A DNA stretch of 64,000 nucleotides from Chiloscyllium plagiosum (Eukaryota): assembly GCF_004010195.1 (NCBI RefSeq), contig NC_057718.1:10594474-10658473 (forward strand), written 5' to 3'. Of the stretch, positions 36,732 to 49,159 are shown piece by piece. How positions within the stretch are numbered: position 1 is the first letter of the stretch; every line of letters begins with the position of its first letter. The notes below the pieces were generated by a model that saw nothing but the letters and a program-made list of their open reading frames with translations, was not told the origin of the DNA and searched no databases. The position numbers were made by a program, and so were the translations under genes.

Positions 36732-37072
36732 GGAGGAGATGGCCTAATGGTATTATTGCTAGACTACTAATTCAGACACCTTCGTAATGTTATGGGGACC
36801 CAGATTTAAATCCTGCCATGGCAGATGGTGAAGTTGACTTCAGTAAATATCTGGAATTCAGAGTCTAATTGACCATAAACTATTGCTGATTTGCTGGAAA
36901 AACCCATCTAGTACCCTTCAGGGTAGGAAACTACCATCTTTACCTGGTCTCACCTACATATGATACCTGACCCACAACAATATAATTGACATCTTAACTA
37001 CCCTCTGGGTAATTAGGGATGGGCAATGAATGCTGGCTTAGCCAATGACACACACATCCCCTGAATTAATTT
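36732..37072 (+). mobile_element. tRNA-derived SINE with a LINE-shared 3' tail
   Basis: A-box-like tggcctaatgg; B-box-like gatttaaatcc; tail aattagggatgggcaatgaatgctggc; a second copy lies on the minus strand at 48615-49160. Confidence 0.7.
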
Positions 37073-37678
37073 TTTAAAAATGGAAATTAGAGAAAAAACT
37101 CTTCTTGATGAGGAAATTGGGAGACTAATAAGCATTATTGCACAAACTGAAAATGGTTCCTCATTCCTCAGAGTTCCTTTACCCAAAGATTTCATTATCG
37201 CCTTCAAAATCATAAATTCAATTTTACTGAACTAAAATTTGTATTCCAAAGCATCATTTATGAATTGCATTTTAACTTGTTTGCAAATTCCCTAAGCCAA
37301 ATTTACTAAAGCTAGGAGACTGAGGTAATTTGCCTCTGAGGGTGTGTAAACCTGGAATGAGTCTAGTACATAAACTTGCCAGTATGTTATCAAACTTGTT
37401 ACCTGTTAGCTGGAACTCGAGTACAGTGAAACTGACTGACTGAATTTGAACTTGGGTCTTTTGGGGCTGTGGTCTGTCGTCTAGTGCATGTACTCACCAA
37501 TTCTTCCAACTCTAGTGCATTTCGTTCTTTGTTCTTACAAAAACAATTGAAATGGAAGTTCTATGCTGAGGATGATTCTATTTTATTTGTTGATTAGGGC
37601 CTTACTATTCTAGTAGGGGATCATAAAATAAAAGTGCAATTTGCTTCTCGTAATACTGGTCTGTTCTGTCTTTTACAG

Positions 37679-37737
37679 CTGTAACAAATGTGACTACGGC
37701 TGTTGATATTTATTCATTTGGAATGTGTGCGTTAGAG
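37679..37737 (+). CDS. NRBP1: NRBP1 exon (AVTNVTTAVDIYSFGMCALE), 59 nt
   Basis: ttttacag|CTGTA...TTAGAG|gtatgt; kinase subdomain IX (DIYSFG). Confidence 0.97.
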
Positions 37738-38329
37738 GTATGTAGCAATCCATGTTGAGTATCTTTTGAGAGAAAGAAGAACTAAACTAATTCATTTTTA
37801 AAAATGAGCTTGGCTGCAATGCAGTAAAATCCCCTGACTTTCCTCCCCATGGAGTTCCATGGAATTTCCATGATTAGTCTTCTACCTGCTGTTAGTCATA
37901 TTGGTACTGTATGATAAGGGAGACTGCTTAAAATTATGTACAGGTGATATAAAAAACTCCTTTCTATTCTAGCCACTGATTCATTCTGAATAGCAATCCA
38001 AGGCTGGGAAAGATTGCCTGTTGCAAACTTTGTGACTAAATTGTCAGAACTTTTCTAGTAATTGATGCTAATTATTAGTACGAGGAATGGTAATCTATAC
38101 TCTGGATAAGATTGCTTGAATTTTATTTCCCTCGTGAGGTTTTGAGAGTGGTAATTACTTAGTCCATCTCTTCTCCCCCAGTAAAATCAGTGATAAGAAT
38201 AAATTGACTTCCGATTGTAAATGTGCACTTTGTATTTTCAAAAACCATCTCCGTCAAGAAATTCTAGGTTTATATGAACAGGAGGAAATGATTCCTTTTA
38301 AAATTTAGTGGTATGCGTGGTTCCTCTTA

Positions 38330-40600
38330 CACTTCTGTAAGATGCTGCTTTTGGCTCCTACCCAATTAAAGCAAGACTTTGCAATCCTGTACTCAAATCC
38401 TCTCAGTGAAGACTAACATTCCATGAGCCAGCCTTATAGCTTGCTGCACCTGCATGTTAGCTTTCAGTGATTTCTTGACAAAGATACCCAAGTGTCCTCT
38501 TGTCTACACTTTCTAACCTCTTTCCATTTGACAAATACTCTGGTAGGAAATAAAAAATGTGCAATTTAGGATAGCCCATGTTTTCCACATCACATCTACA
38601 TGCAGTGTTCTTACCCATTCACTGAGCCTGTTTAAATCCTCCTGAATACATTGTAATGTTCTTCACAACTCTTATTCCTGCTTGCTTTGTAATATTCACA
38701 CACTTCCAAATGGTACATTTTAGTGCTTGCGTCCAAATCATTGTACATTGTGAACAGCTGGAACTCAAGTACTGATCCTGATAGTATCTCACTAATCACA
38801 GCCCCATTGATTCCTGCTCTCTATTTTCTGTCTGTTAGCCATGCTTTAATCTGTACCAATGTACCATCTACTTTAACTTTACTGTGGGGGACCTTTGTCA
38901 AATGCCTTCTGAAAATTGAAGTCTACTACATTTATTGACTCACCTGTATCAATTTCTTCAGTAACATCTTCAAAACATTACAACACAGTGTTCCATTTTG
39001 CCAGTTTTATACAAGTGTCCCATTTATCACCACCTGTATGACAGATTTTTGCATCTTCCCTATTATTGATGTAAGGCTGACAAGTCTGTAGTCCTGTGCT
39101 TTTTCCCTTTCTTGAATAGGGTGCCATTTGGAACTTCAATTCTGCAGAGATCATATCAGGATCTATTGAATTTTAGGAAATAAATACCAATGAGTTGACT
39201 AGCTCTATAGCCATTTTCAATACTATCAGATGGAGACTATCAGGTGCTGGGGGACTTGTCAATTTTCAGCACTGTGAATTTCTTTTGTACAACCTAATTC
39301 CATTATACTAAAACATTAAACTATTCCAGCCTGTCACTCCTTTAGGCGCAATCTTAAAATAGGAGTTGAAGGAAATTAATTTTTCCTCGATATGCTATGA
39401 TAAGCTAGTTTAACACAAAACCAATAGCACTAGCGAATCTTCCATGCAAGGATCAGTCCTGGTCTTGTTGCGATTTAACCCATCCAACTTGTGCAGGTCC
39501 CACCACCCCAGAATTGGGTCCAATGCCTCAGAAATCCGATGCCTTCCCATCTACACCAGATCCTGTACCATGTGTTCAATGGATGGACCTTCCTGTACCC
39601 ATACTCACTGGTATGTGGCACTGGGAGTAATCCTGAGATTACTGCTCTTGAGGTCATGATTTTTAATTTTCCTACCTAACTCACTGAATTTGGTTTTCAG
39701 GGCTTCAACTTCATCCAGTCAATATTGGTACCAGTGTGGGCCACAACTTTTCACTGATCCCCCTTTCCTAGAAGTTTGTCTTGCACTGCAGCTCTGTGAA
39801 CTTGAGCGTTGCTCTAGGAAAGTGGAAGCATCATCTTGGGTCATGTTTCAGGCTACAGAAATGCCTGAGTCTGGTCCCTCGATTGTAGAAATCCCTATCA
39901 CAATTGCCCCTTTCTTCATAGCATCATAGAACATCTAGAATGTGGATTGGTGGATTGAGTCTGTGCCAACTCTCCAAACAGGATCGCACTTAGACTCAGG
40001 TCTCTGCAATGGTTAATGTACCTAGCCTTCACCTCCCTTGATACTACGGGGCAATTTAGCATGACTAATCAATGCAACCTGCATATTCCGGACTGTGGGA
40101 GGAAACCGGAGCACCTGGCGGGAACTTAACGCAGACACTGGGAGAGCGTACAGACAGTTGCCCAAGGCTGGAATCAAAGCCAGGTCCCTGAAGCCCATTT
40201 ATTCTCCTTTTTCAACCCACCCCAAAGCCCACCAAAAATCAAAACAGGTGATGTGCCCTAAGATTGTTTCCCTTAGTTTCCAAAACGTGATACTGAAACA
40301 GACTCAAAATGGAATACTGAGATTCGATGGGTTCCTGTGCTACCTGCCTGGTCACCCATTCCCACTCGACCTGAATGCTTCTAATCTATGGTGTAACCAC
40401 CACCCTATACATACTATCCATGTAATTCTCGAACTTTCACATCCACAATAGTGACTTCAGTCCCTGCTCAATTTCCAAAACCTGGAGCTTAAGCTTCTGC
40501 AACTGGTGGTGCTCTCTGCAGATCAATTTGTGTGGTACATTTCGTATTGACCGTGACTTCACACATTCTGCATGATGTATACTTCACTTGACCATGTTTC
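38330..40600 (-). mobile_element. Degraded CR1 (RT and ORF1 remnants) with a V-SINE fragment at about 39940-40190
   Basis: EGIGFLRHWTQFWG ORF1-like motif; gggcaatttagcatg...ggaggaaaccggagcacc. Confidence 0.6.
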
Positions 40601-41344
40601 CTTGCCATCCCGTACTTTGTAATCCTAAATATCAATATAATGTTAATTTAAAAACTTAGACATGAACTTTGCTTCATTTATGATAATGCAGTTATCCTTC
40701 CTTATTATTTTATTTTATTTAACTTTGAAATGAATTGATTTTTTTCTCTCTTTTGCTAGTGCTCTTTCCTGAAATCCTAATAGTTCTGCTGTTTCCGAAT
40801 AGTAGTTTTAAGCTAATTAGAACCATTCCCTATTAGCAGCTTCTTAACCAATGAACTTAAATTTCCCGTGATGTAACTCTTGGATTTTTTTTTTTGAAGT
40901 GCAGCCTGCCTTGGTGCAGTATTCAGAATGAATCCAATGCCTGTTTTTTTTCCAACTTGCTGCTTCCTGTCTTGGCGCCCCCCTACTTTGCAAAAAATCA
41001 GCACCACTGCTATTTTTGAACTTGCCTCTTGGCTTTCTCTTGAGAATGAAGGACAGTCCTTAAAATAATATTGGGTTGCTGAAAGGAATTGCGAATTGTC
41101 TTAAATGTAAGTTTTGCACATTAAGATGAGAAGTTGTAAACTCTTGCATTGAAATCTATTGAGTGTATTTTGTTATTTGTCCTTGTAAGGGTGTAACTTG
41201 TGGTATAACTAAGTATGGGAAGTGTGTGGAAAATAGTGTGACAATAAGCAGTGAGTTTTGATAATTGATATTGTTTCACATTCTATGTACAATTTGTTCA
41301 TCTTGCATGAATTCATCAGTCATTGCTTTTTTTTTGTTTTTTAG

Positions 41345-41443
41345 ATGGCAGTATTGGAGATCCAGGGTAATGGAGAATCATCATACGTTTCGCAAGAAGC
41401 AATCAATAATGCAATTCAGTCACTAGAAGATGCTCTGCAGCGT
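41345..41443 (+). CDS. NRBP1: NRBP1 exon (MAVLEIQGNGESSYVSQEAINNAIQSLEDALQR), 99 nt
   Basis: ttttag|ATGGCA...CAGCGT|gtaagt; in frame with neighbours. Confidence 0.97.
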
Positions 41444-41476
41444 GTAAGTATGATACTATTGTGCCGGTTCAATGAC

Positions 41477-41596
41477 GTAGTGGTGCTAATGCTGGACTAG
41501 GGTAGACAAAGTTTAAAAATCACAACAGGTTATAGTCCAACAGGTTTATTTGGAAGTACTAGCTTTCAGAGCACTAGCCCTTCGTCAGGTACCTCA
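41477..41596 (-). mobile_element. PLE family B pLTR end, 10-bp TSD
   Basis: gttcaatgac at 41467-41476 and 41597-41606; minus strand reads tacCTGACGAa...GAAAGCTAgta. Confidence 0.75.
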
Positions 41597-41853
41597 GTTC
41601 AATGACAAAAGTCAAAATGCTTTTTGAACGCATTCAGACAAAGTCAATGAATCAACTTGCACTGGCTTCTTGTCTTGCTCCTGCACCACTTCTTTTGGTG
41701 CTCCCTGAAGATCTATCCTTAGCTGTCTTCTGATTTTATTTACGTTATCTACATGTCACAATCATCTGAAAACACAGCCTCAAGCCAAGTTATACCTTAC
41801 TACTGCCTCTGTACACTCTCAAATGTCTTTAAATTGCGTAACCTCTTGTCTGA

Positions 41854-41944
41854 GCTGAAAATGTGTTGCTGGAAAAGCGCAGCAGGTCAGGCAGCATCCA
41901 AGGAACAGGAGAATCAACGTTTTGGGCATAAGCCCTTCTTCAGG
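41854..41944 (-). mobile_element. 91-bp PLE family A single arm, 13-bp TSD
   Basis: acctcttgtctga at 41841-41853 and 41945-41957. Confidence 0.88.
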
Positions 41945-42099
41945 ACCTCTTGTCTGATACCTGGTGCAGGATAAACAGAAATGTCTTCCAAATTAATACT
42001 GGGAAGATGAAAGTTATTATCTTCTCTCCGTGCCATAAATCCTGTTTCAAGGTGCACTACCTTCATTCCTTTCCATTGGCATCTTTGAGGCTGGGCCAG

Positions 42100-42420
42100 A
42101 CTATTTGAAAACTTGGTGTTGTATTTGATCCAGAAATGAGTTTCCAGCCATACGTCTCTGCCATTACGAAGACCTTTTTTGTTATTGCACCTCCTTTAAT
42201 ATTGTTTTACTGCCTTGGGCCCTCCTTTTTTTTTTCCATCTCGGCTGTTGCCAAAAAAAAGTGTTATTATCTTAAGAATGTGTACCTAGAGCGTCTACCA
42301 GAGGTCATCCAAAATTCTACTTGTGTCCTAACATGTATCGAGTCCCATTCATTCTTATATTCATTGACCTACATTGGTTCCTGGAAATTAATTGCTGGTT
42401 GGTCCCTGATCAAAAGACTT
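42100..42420 (+). mobile_element. L2-like LINE RT fragment
   Basis: NLGVVFDPEMSFQPYVSAITKT resembles the L2 RT C-terminal motif. Confidence 0.55.
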
Positions 42421-42863
42421 TGCAGATGTTTCATTGTTAGGGAACAGCATTATGTTTAAACAGATAGCAGAAGTTGACTGTTAACAAGGTCAGTACTTGG
42501 GAACTTGTTCGAGCAAGTCGGGAAAAGATCTTGTGCTCTAGCAGATGGCAGATGTTGAATGGTGACTGGGACGTCACATCGAACAGAATCATTTTGTCAG
42601 GGATGTTCAGAGTTTGAACTGCTATTGGTGAAAAGGAATCTCACTGTTGCTACGTCATGAAGATTTGAAAGCTCCCTGCCTAACCTCCCTTTATCAGCTC
42701 TCAGAGAATTGAAAAACAAGTTATAAGTATTACTCTCTTTATCTGAGGGAATTGAAAAGGTGACCCTGATCAGTATCTTCAGAAAATCAACAAAGAAACC
42801 ATTATCTATACCTATGGATCAACGCATAATGCAAACCACTTAAATAATCTGGCTAGTTGTGTT

Positions 42864-43175
42864 TTAGATTAGATTCCCTACAGTGTCGAAACAGGCCCTT
42901 CGGCCCAACAAGTCCACACCGACCCTCCGGATAGTAACCCACCCAGACCCATTTCCCTCTGACTAATGCACCTAACACTACGGGCAATTTAGAATGACCA
43001 ATTCACCTGACCTGCACATTTTTTGGATTGTGGGAGGAAACTAGAGTACCCAGAGGAAACCCACGCAGACACTAGGAGAATGTGCAAACTTCACACAGTC
43101 TCCCAAGGCTGGAATTGAACCTGGGTCCCTGGTGCTATGAGGCAGTAGTGCTAACCACTGAGCCACCGTGCCCCC
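42864..43175 (-). mobile_element. V/HE1-type SINE, full length
   Basis: reverse complement of the 32397 copy; head gcacggtggctcagtggttagcac. Confidence 0.9.
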
Positions 43176-43573
43176 CCTTTTATTTTTCCATCAGCTATGT
43201 TGTTTGTCTTTTGTGTGAATGGGGCTGAAAACAAAAGATTTTTTGGGTTTATAGCATAGACCAGTTAGATCCCTGATGTCCTGATCAATATTATCCTCCA
43301 CCAGCATGAAGAAGAGAGAATACCCGTCATTATCACATTGCTGTTTGTGGGAGCAACTTAACTGTTGTGTTTCTTAATTACAACCAAATCAACATGATCT
43401 GAATGTACTCCTTTCTGTATTCTCCAAATATATGGATGAAATGGATTGTGTATTCTTTAAGTCAAAAGAAACTACTACTGCATCTCCCAAATGCCCTTTG
43501 TGATCCTCAAGGCTCTGCTTTTAAGACATGCTCTTGAAATTAGCAATGTGGAAAAAAAGCTAAAATCCAATTA

Positions 43574-43871
43574 GGGGGCGGCACTGCTGCCTCACAGCGC
43601 CAGAGACCTGGGTTCAATTCCCGTCTCAGGCCACTGTCTGTGTGGAGTTTGCACATTCTCCCCGTGTCTGCATGGGTTTTCTCCGGGTGCTCCGGTTTCC
43701 TCCCACAGTCCAAAGATATGCAGATTAGGTGAATTGGCCATGCTAAATTGCCCGTAGTGTTAGGTGAAGCGGTAAATGTAGGGGAATGGGTCTGGGTGAT
43801 TTGCTTTTCAGAGGGTTGGTGTAGACTTGTTGGGCCAAAGGTCCTGTTTCCACACTAAGTAATCTAATCTA
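43574..43871 (+). mobile_element. V/HE1-type SINE with the A-box region deleted
   Basis: gggttcaattcc B box, V core and taatct tail. Confidence 0.9.
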
Positions 43872-43929
43872 GTCAAATTTAAGTTAAACTGTTTCTGACG
43901 TGGGGCTTGGAGTGTAGAAGAGATTATTC

Positions 43930-44708
43930 CTATTGCATTTACATAGCAAAATGTCTCAAAGTGCTACACAGGAGCACTATCAACCGAAATACCAAACCAC
44001 AACTTAAGACTGAGACTTGATGGAAGAAATTGCAGAATGGCTTTGCACTTAATAAAGTACTTTGTGATCTTAGAATGCCCCAAAGTGCTATACTGCCAAC
44101 TAAATATTTTTAAAGTGCAGTCAGAATTGCAATGTAGGAAGCAGACAATTTGCTCCCACAAACAGCATGGTGGAATTGTCAAAAGTCCAACCAGACAACA
44201 GGACTGCTGTCAGGATAGAGAGCTAGCTGGTGGTTTAATCTGAAGGTCACCACTCCTGAGGTGAAGAGAGAGGTTAAGAAGGAGGGTACTTCATGGTAAT
44301 ATCAACTGGTGTGGGAATTCAGTGTTGGCATCACACTACATCACAAACCAGGCTGTCCAGACAACTGAGCTAACTGACCCCCTCCCACAAACAGCAATGG
44401 TGTAGCATTGTGGAACATTTTGATAATGTAAGGTATTCTCTTCTCCCAGTGTTGATTGAGGATGAATATTGGCCAGGACACCAGGGATAACCCCAGCCCT
44501 TCTTGAAAAGAGCACAACAGAACTTTTACCTCTGGAGGGAGCAGACAGGACATGTATTTAACATTTCAAATGAAAGATAACAGCTCAAAGAGTAGTGCAC
44601 TCTTTGAAGCATACAGGAGTGTTCAATATTTTTGTGCTCAAATCCAGAAGTGGAGCATGAACCCATAACTTGTAATTCAGAAGTGAGACTGGTACTAACA
44701 GAGCCAGG
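43930..44708 (-). mobile_element. Deu-like SINE with a nested tRNA-SINE (44168-44381)
   Basis: gaatattggccaggacaccaggga Deu-like core; TSD ctcccacaaacagca at 44153-44167 and 44382-44396. Confidence 0.7.
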
Positions 44709-44984
44709 CCTTACAACAATTTAAGGTTTAAAAGGAACATTTTAACGGAGAAGAGATAGGTAGTGGGAGTGGTTTAAGGAAAGATTTCCACAGCTGAATG
44801 TCTTGGCACCTCAAGGCTTGACCATTATTGATGGAATGATTAAAAAGTCTGGAATGATTAAAAAGATCTAGAGCAGTATAGAAATTTAAAAGTTGTAGAG
44901 CTGGAGGAAATTAGAGATAAGGAGGGCAAATTTATAAAGGGTTTTGAAAATGAATAAAAGTTTTAAAATCAGTTCAAATTGTCT

Positions 44985-45756
44985 GCACCGACTTTAGCAA
45001 GACCTTCAACAAGGTTCCACATGGTAGATTGTTACTAAGGTTAGATCACATGGGATTCAGGGAGAGCTAGCTAATTTGGCTTCAAAAATTGGCTTGATGG
45101 TAAGAGATGGTCGCAGTAGAGGATGGTTGTTCAGACTGGAGCCTTGTGATCAGTATGCTGCAAGGATTAGTTCCGAGTCCACTGATTTGTCATTTGTATA
45201 AACAATTTGGATGAGATTATGAGGCATCGTTCATCAATTTGCAGATGACCCCAAAATTGGTGTCATGGCCAAAGGTTATTTAAGAGTACAACTGGATCTT
45301 GATCAACAGGGCCAATGGGCTGAGGAATGGTAGATGGATTAATTTAGGTAAGTATGAGGTATTGCACTTTGGTAAGACACACCAGGGCAAGGCATACATT
45401 TAATGGTCGGGGATTGGGGAGTGTTGTTGAATAAGGTGAATAACCAAGGTTGTTTCGTCAGGGTGGAGAAGTCCAAAACTAAGGGCATAGGTTTAGATGA
45501 GAAGGGAATGATTTAAAAGGGACCTGAGGGGCAACTTTTTCACGCAGATGGTGGTACATAAATGAAATGAGCTGTCAGAGGAAGTGGTAAAGACAAGTAC
45601 AACTACAACGTTTTAAAAGATATTTGGATAGGAATGTGGTTAGGAAAAGTTTAAAGGAATATGGGCCAAATGCAGGCGAATGGGAGTAGTTCAGTTTAAG
45701 ATACCTGGTCAGATGGGTGGAAGGGTGTGCTTCTTTGTTGTATGACTGTGACTCTA
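44985..45756 (+). mobile_element. CR1 LINE 3' fragment
   Basis: FNKVPHGRL and FADD remnants; tatgactgtgactcta tail. Confidence 0.85.
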
Positions 45757-45793
45757 AATGAACTACAGTACAATTTTAAATATGGACAAGGAC

Positions 45794-45870
45794 TACAGAG
45801 GAACCTCTATTATCCGAACAAGATGGGCGGGCACTATTTCGTTCGGATAATTGATTATTCGGTTAATTGT
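45794..45870 (+). mobile_element. Tigger/pogo-like DNA transposon terminus
   Basis: TA-CAGAGGAACCTCTATTATCCGAAC; internal inverted repeat attatccgaac/gttcggataat. Confidence 0.5.
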
Positions 45871-45931
45871 TTCAATGCCTTTCTGTATTTTTTGTTTTAA
45901 ATGTATTTTTCATTTTCCCTTTTCATTACAG

Positions 45932-46064
45932 GAATTTATTCAGAAATGTCTGGAGGTTGATCCTGTCAAGCGACCCACCGCACGAGAGCTTCTGTTTCAC
46001 CCAGCTCTATTTGAAGTACCTTCACTAAAGTTATTAGCAGCGCATTGTATTGTCAGTCATCCTC
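45932..46064 (+). CDS. NRBP1: NRBP1 exon (EFIQKCLEVDPVKRPTARELLFHPALFEVPSLKLLAAHCIVSHP), 133 nt
   Basis: cattacag|GAATTT...CCTC|gtaagt; subdomain XI plus the Elongin BC-box-like motif VPSLKLLAAHCI. Confidence 0.97.
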
Positions 46065-46769
46065 GTAAGTAATTTATATGAAAGATTGTCATTAGCTTTT
46101 CAGCATTTGACGCTTGACACTTGTATGATCTGAACATTAATAGCTGGGGATTTGACTTGTAATGATGTACAGTGGAGAAATGCCATGAAATATTAATTTG
46201 GTTTCCTAAATAAATAGCATGTAACTTGTTAAACGTCTGCATTTACAAGTGATTTGCTGACAATTTTCCCCTTGTGGTCAGATTTCTGTGTTGCCTCCTG
46301 AAGGGAAGAATGTGACTTTAATTATGTGCTCATAAATCAGTCAGTATCTATAAGCAAAAATGATTTCTGGCCATCTCTTATCATGGCAGTTGGAATTTTA
46401 ACGGTTGGATGAGTTCTACAGGATTAACATTTTAATATCTGTGATAGGATTTGATTGTCTGGATTGTTTTAATTGACTACTTTAAAAGGCAGAACTGATG
46501 ATGTTTGGTGTTTTGATGTAGTGCTTAATGCAAGTGGAAGATTGACGTGTGATGTACACGTAGTTGCAATTATTGGCAGCAGTGTATGAATGATGGGATT
46601 GACAGCACTAACACTTGAAAATAACAGCGAAGTTACTCTGGTGGGGGGGATAAGATTGGTAAGAGGGAGCAGGATGGGATGTGGGAGGATTATGGCGATG
46701 GTCTGAATGAGATATTGTGTAGTGGATGAGCTACTGAAGTTGTTAAAATGTGGAAAATGACAGGGAGAA

Positions 46770-46972
46770 TGCTTTTGAGACAATTTGTGCAAAAGTAACT
46801 TTTAAGCTAAAAATGAAGACTTCTAGATCTAGCTGAAAAGGCTTTTGAAAAGCTGTCAAGTGAAGTAGGAAGATACAGCATTGATTCTATGAGTGAAGAG
46901 GATAAAAATCTATATCCTCCAGAGTTTCTGCACAGTTCAAGTGCAATTGATATTCCACCACATAAACACTGA
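46770..46972 (+). mobile_element. Helitron RepHel (Pif1-type helicase) pseudogenic fragment
   Basis: AKNED/LDLAEKAFEKLSSEVGRYSIDSMSEEDKNLYPPEFLHSSSAIDIPPHK resembles PKNED...YxSIDS...YPxEFLNSL...G.PPH. Confidence 0.7.
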
Positions 46973-46984
46973 CATGAGGAACAA

Positions 46985-48610
46985 ATAGAACATGTAACTG
47001 TACTGCTGGAGAACAGGCTCTTCAGTCCACTATGTCTGTGCTAACCATTCTAAACTAATCCCATCTGCTTGCAGTCTATTCTCTACTCGTTCATGTGTTC
47101 ATCTAAATGCCTTTTATTTTATCTGCTTCTACCACCTCCCCAGCACCTTATTCCAGACACTTAAGAGTGTCTGTTTTTTTATAAAAATTCTTTTGAGGTG
47201 ACCTTTTATAGAGGGTTATAAAGACATGAGGGGCATGGATAAGACCAACAGACAAAGTCTTTTCTCTGGGGTGGGGAAAGTCCAGAACTAGAAGGCATAG
47301 GTTTAGTGTGAGAGGGGAAAGATATAAAAGTGACCTAAGGGGCAACATTTTCATGCAGAGGTTGGTGCATGTATGGAATGAACAGCCAGAGGAAGTGGTG
47401 GAGGCTGGTACAATTGCAGCATTTGAAAGGCATCTGGATGGGTATATGAATAGGAAGCGTTTAAAGGGATATGGGCCAAGTGCTGGCAAATGAGATGAGA
47501 TTAGGTTAGGCTATCTGGTCGGCATGGATGAGTTGGACCAAAGGGTTTGTTTCTGTGCTGTACATGTCTATGACTCTATCTCCTTTCAACTTTCTCCTCA
47601 CCTTAAACGTATGCCCCCAATGTTTTGACATTTTCACTCTATCCATGCCCCTTTATAATTTTGTGTACTTTCTATCTATCGGGTTGCCCCTCAGCCTCTG
47701 ACGCTGTCGCAAAAACAATCTAGAATTGTTAAATGTCTCCTCATAATAATGCATTCCATCCAGGCACCATCCTGGTAAACCTCTTCTGTGCCCTGTTTGA
47801 AGCCTCCACATTGATTCTACAGTGTGATGACCAGAACTGTGCACAGTACTCCAAATGTGGCCTGACCAAAATCTTGCATAGTTGCAGTATAACTTAGTAA
47901 CTTCTCTAGTCAATCCCTGACTGATGCAGGCAAGCATGTCTTTTCCGCCTTATCCACTTGTGTTGCCACTTTCGAGGAAATATGAACTTGGTTCCCAAGA
48001 TCCCTCTGTGTATTAATGCTCCTAAGAGTCTGGCCATTTATAGTATATTTTGTTCAAAATGCATCACATTTTCACCCTGATAAAACTCCATTTGTCATTT
48101 CTCCACAAAACTTTCCAGCTGATGTGTAATTCTGCTGCATCCTTTGATATCCTTCCTAACTATTCACAACTTTACTAACTTTCGTGTCATCTGCAAACTT
48201 GCCAATCAGACCACTGACATTTTAATCCAAATAATGTATATAAATTACAAACAGAGGTCACTGCACCAGTCTTGCAGACCCCACTGGTTACAGACCTCTA
48301 GCCAGAAAAATATCCCTCCGTCTTCTAATGCCAAGCCAATTTAGTGTCTAACTCGCCAGTCATCATGGATTAAATGTGATTTGATCTTCTGGACGACCTT
48401 ACCATGAGGAATCTTGCCGTCCATGTGGACAACATCCAATACCTTCACCAAATAAATGATGTTTGTCACTGTGTCGGAAAAACTCAAATCAAATGTGTGA
48501 AACAAGAACTCTCCTGCATAAAGCCATGCTGACTATTCCTAATAAGTCTAGCTTTCTCTAAATGCAAATAAATCCTGTCCCTTAGAATCTTCTCTAATAA
48601 TTTCCCTACC
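46985..48610. mobile_element. CR1 (minus) interrupted by a CR1 3' end (plus, about 47200-47580)
   Basis: RGERYKSDLRGNIFMQRLVHVWNEQPEEVVEAGTIAAFERHLD on plus; RT C-terminal remnants on minus. Confidence 0.85.
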
Positions 48611-48707
48611 ACTTTTTTATTCATTTACGGGATAAGGTGTTGCTGGCTCGACCAGCACTCCTTGCCCCATCTTAATTGCCCAAAGGGTATTTAAGAGCCA
48701 ACCACAT

Positions 48708-48893
48708 TAGAACATAGAAGAATACAGCGCAGTACAGGCCCTTCGGCCCTCGATGTTGCGCCGATCCAAGCCCACCTAACCTACACTAGCCCACTATCCT
48801 CCATATGCCTATCCAATGCCCGCTTAAATGCCCATATTGAGGGAGAGTCCACCACTGCTACTGGCAGGGCATTCCATGAACTCACGACTCGCT
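48708..48893 (-). mobile_element. Young CR1 3' end inserted in a SINE
   Basis: nearly identical to 56914-57088. Confidence 0.85.
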
Positions 48894-49159
48894 GTTGTGG
48901 GTCTGGAGTTACATGCAGGCCAGACCAAGTGAGGGTGGTAGTTTCTTTCCCTAAAAGACATTAATAAACCAAATGGGTTTTCTGACAAGCAACACTGCGT
49001 TCGTGGTCATCATTAGTCTTTTATTCCAGGTTTTTTTTTATTGAATTCAAATATCACATCTGCCTTGGCAGGATGCAAACAGTGGATTCAAAAATATTAT
49101 TTGAGTCTCAGGTTTAACAGTCTGGTGATAATACCATGAGGCTGTTGCTTCCCCTTGGG

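Noticed and set aside
44832..44865. Local duplication tggaatgattaaaaag x2 (and a 17-mer duplication near 22304-22337)
   Set aside because: These are ordinary slippage duplications within decayed repeats.
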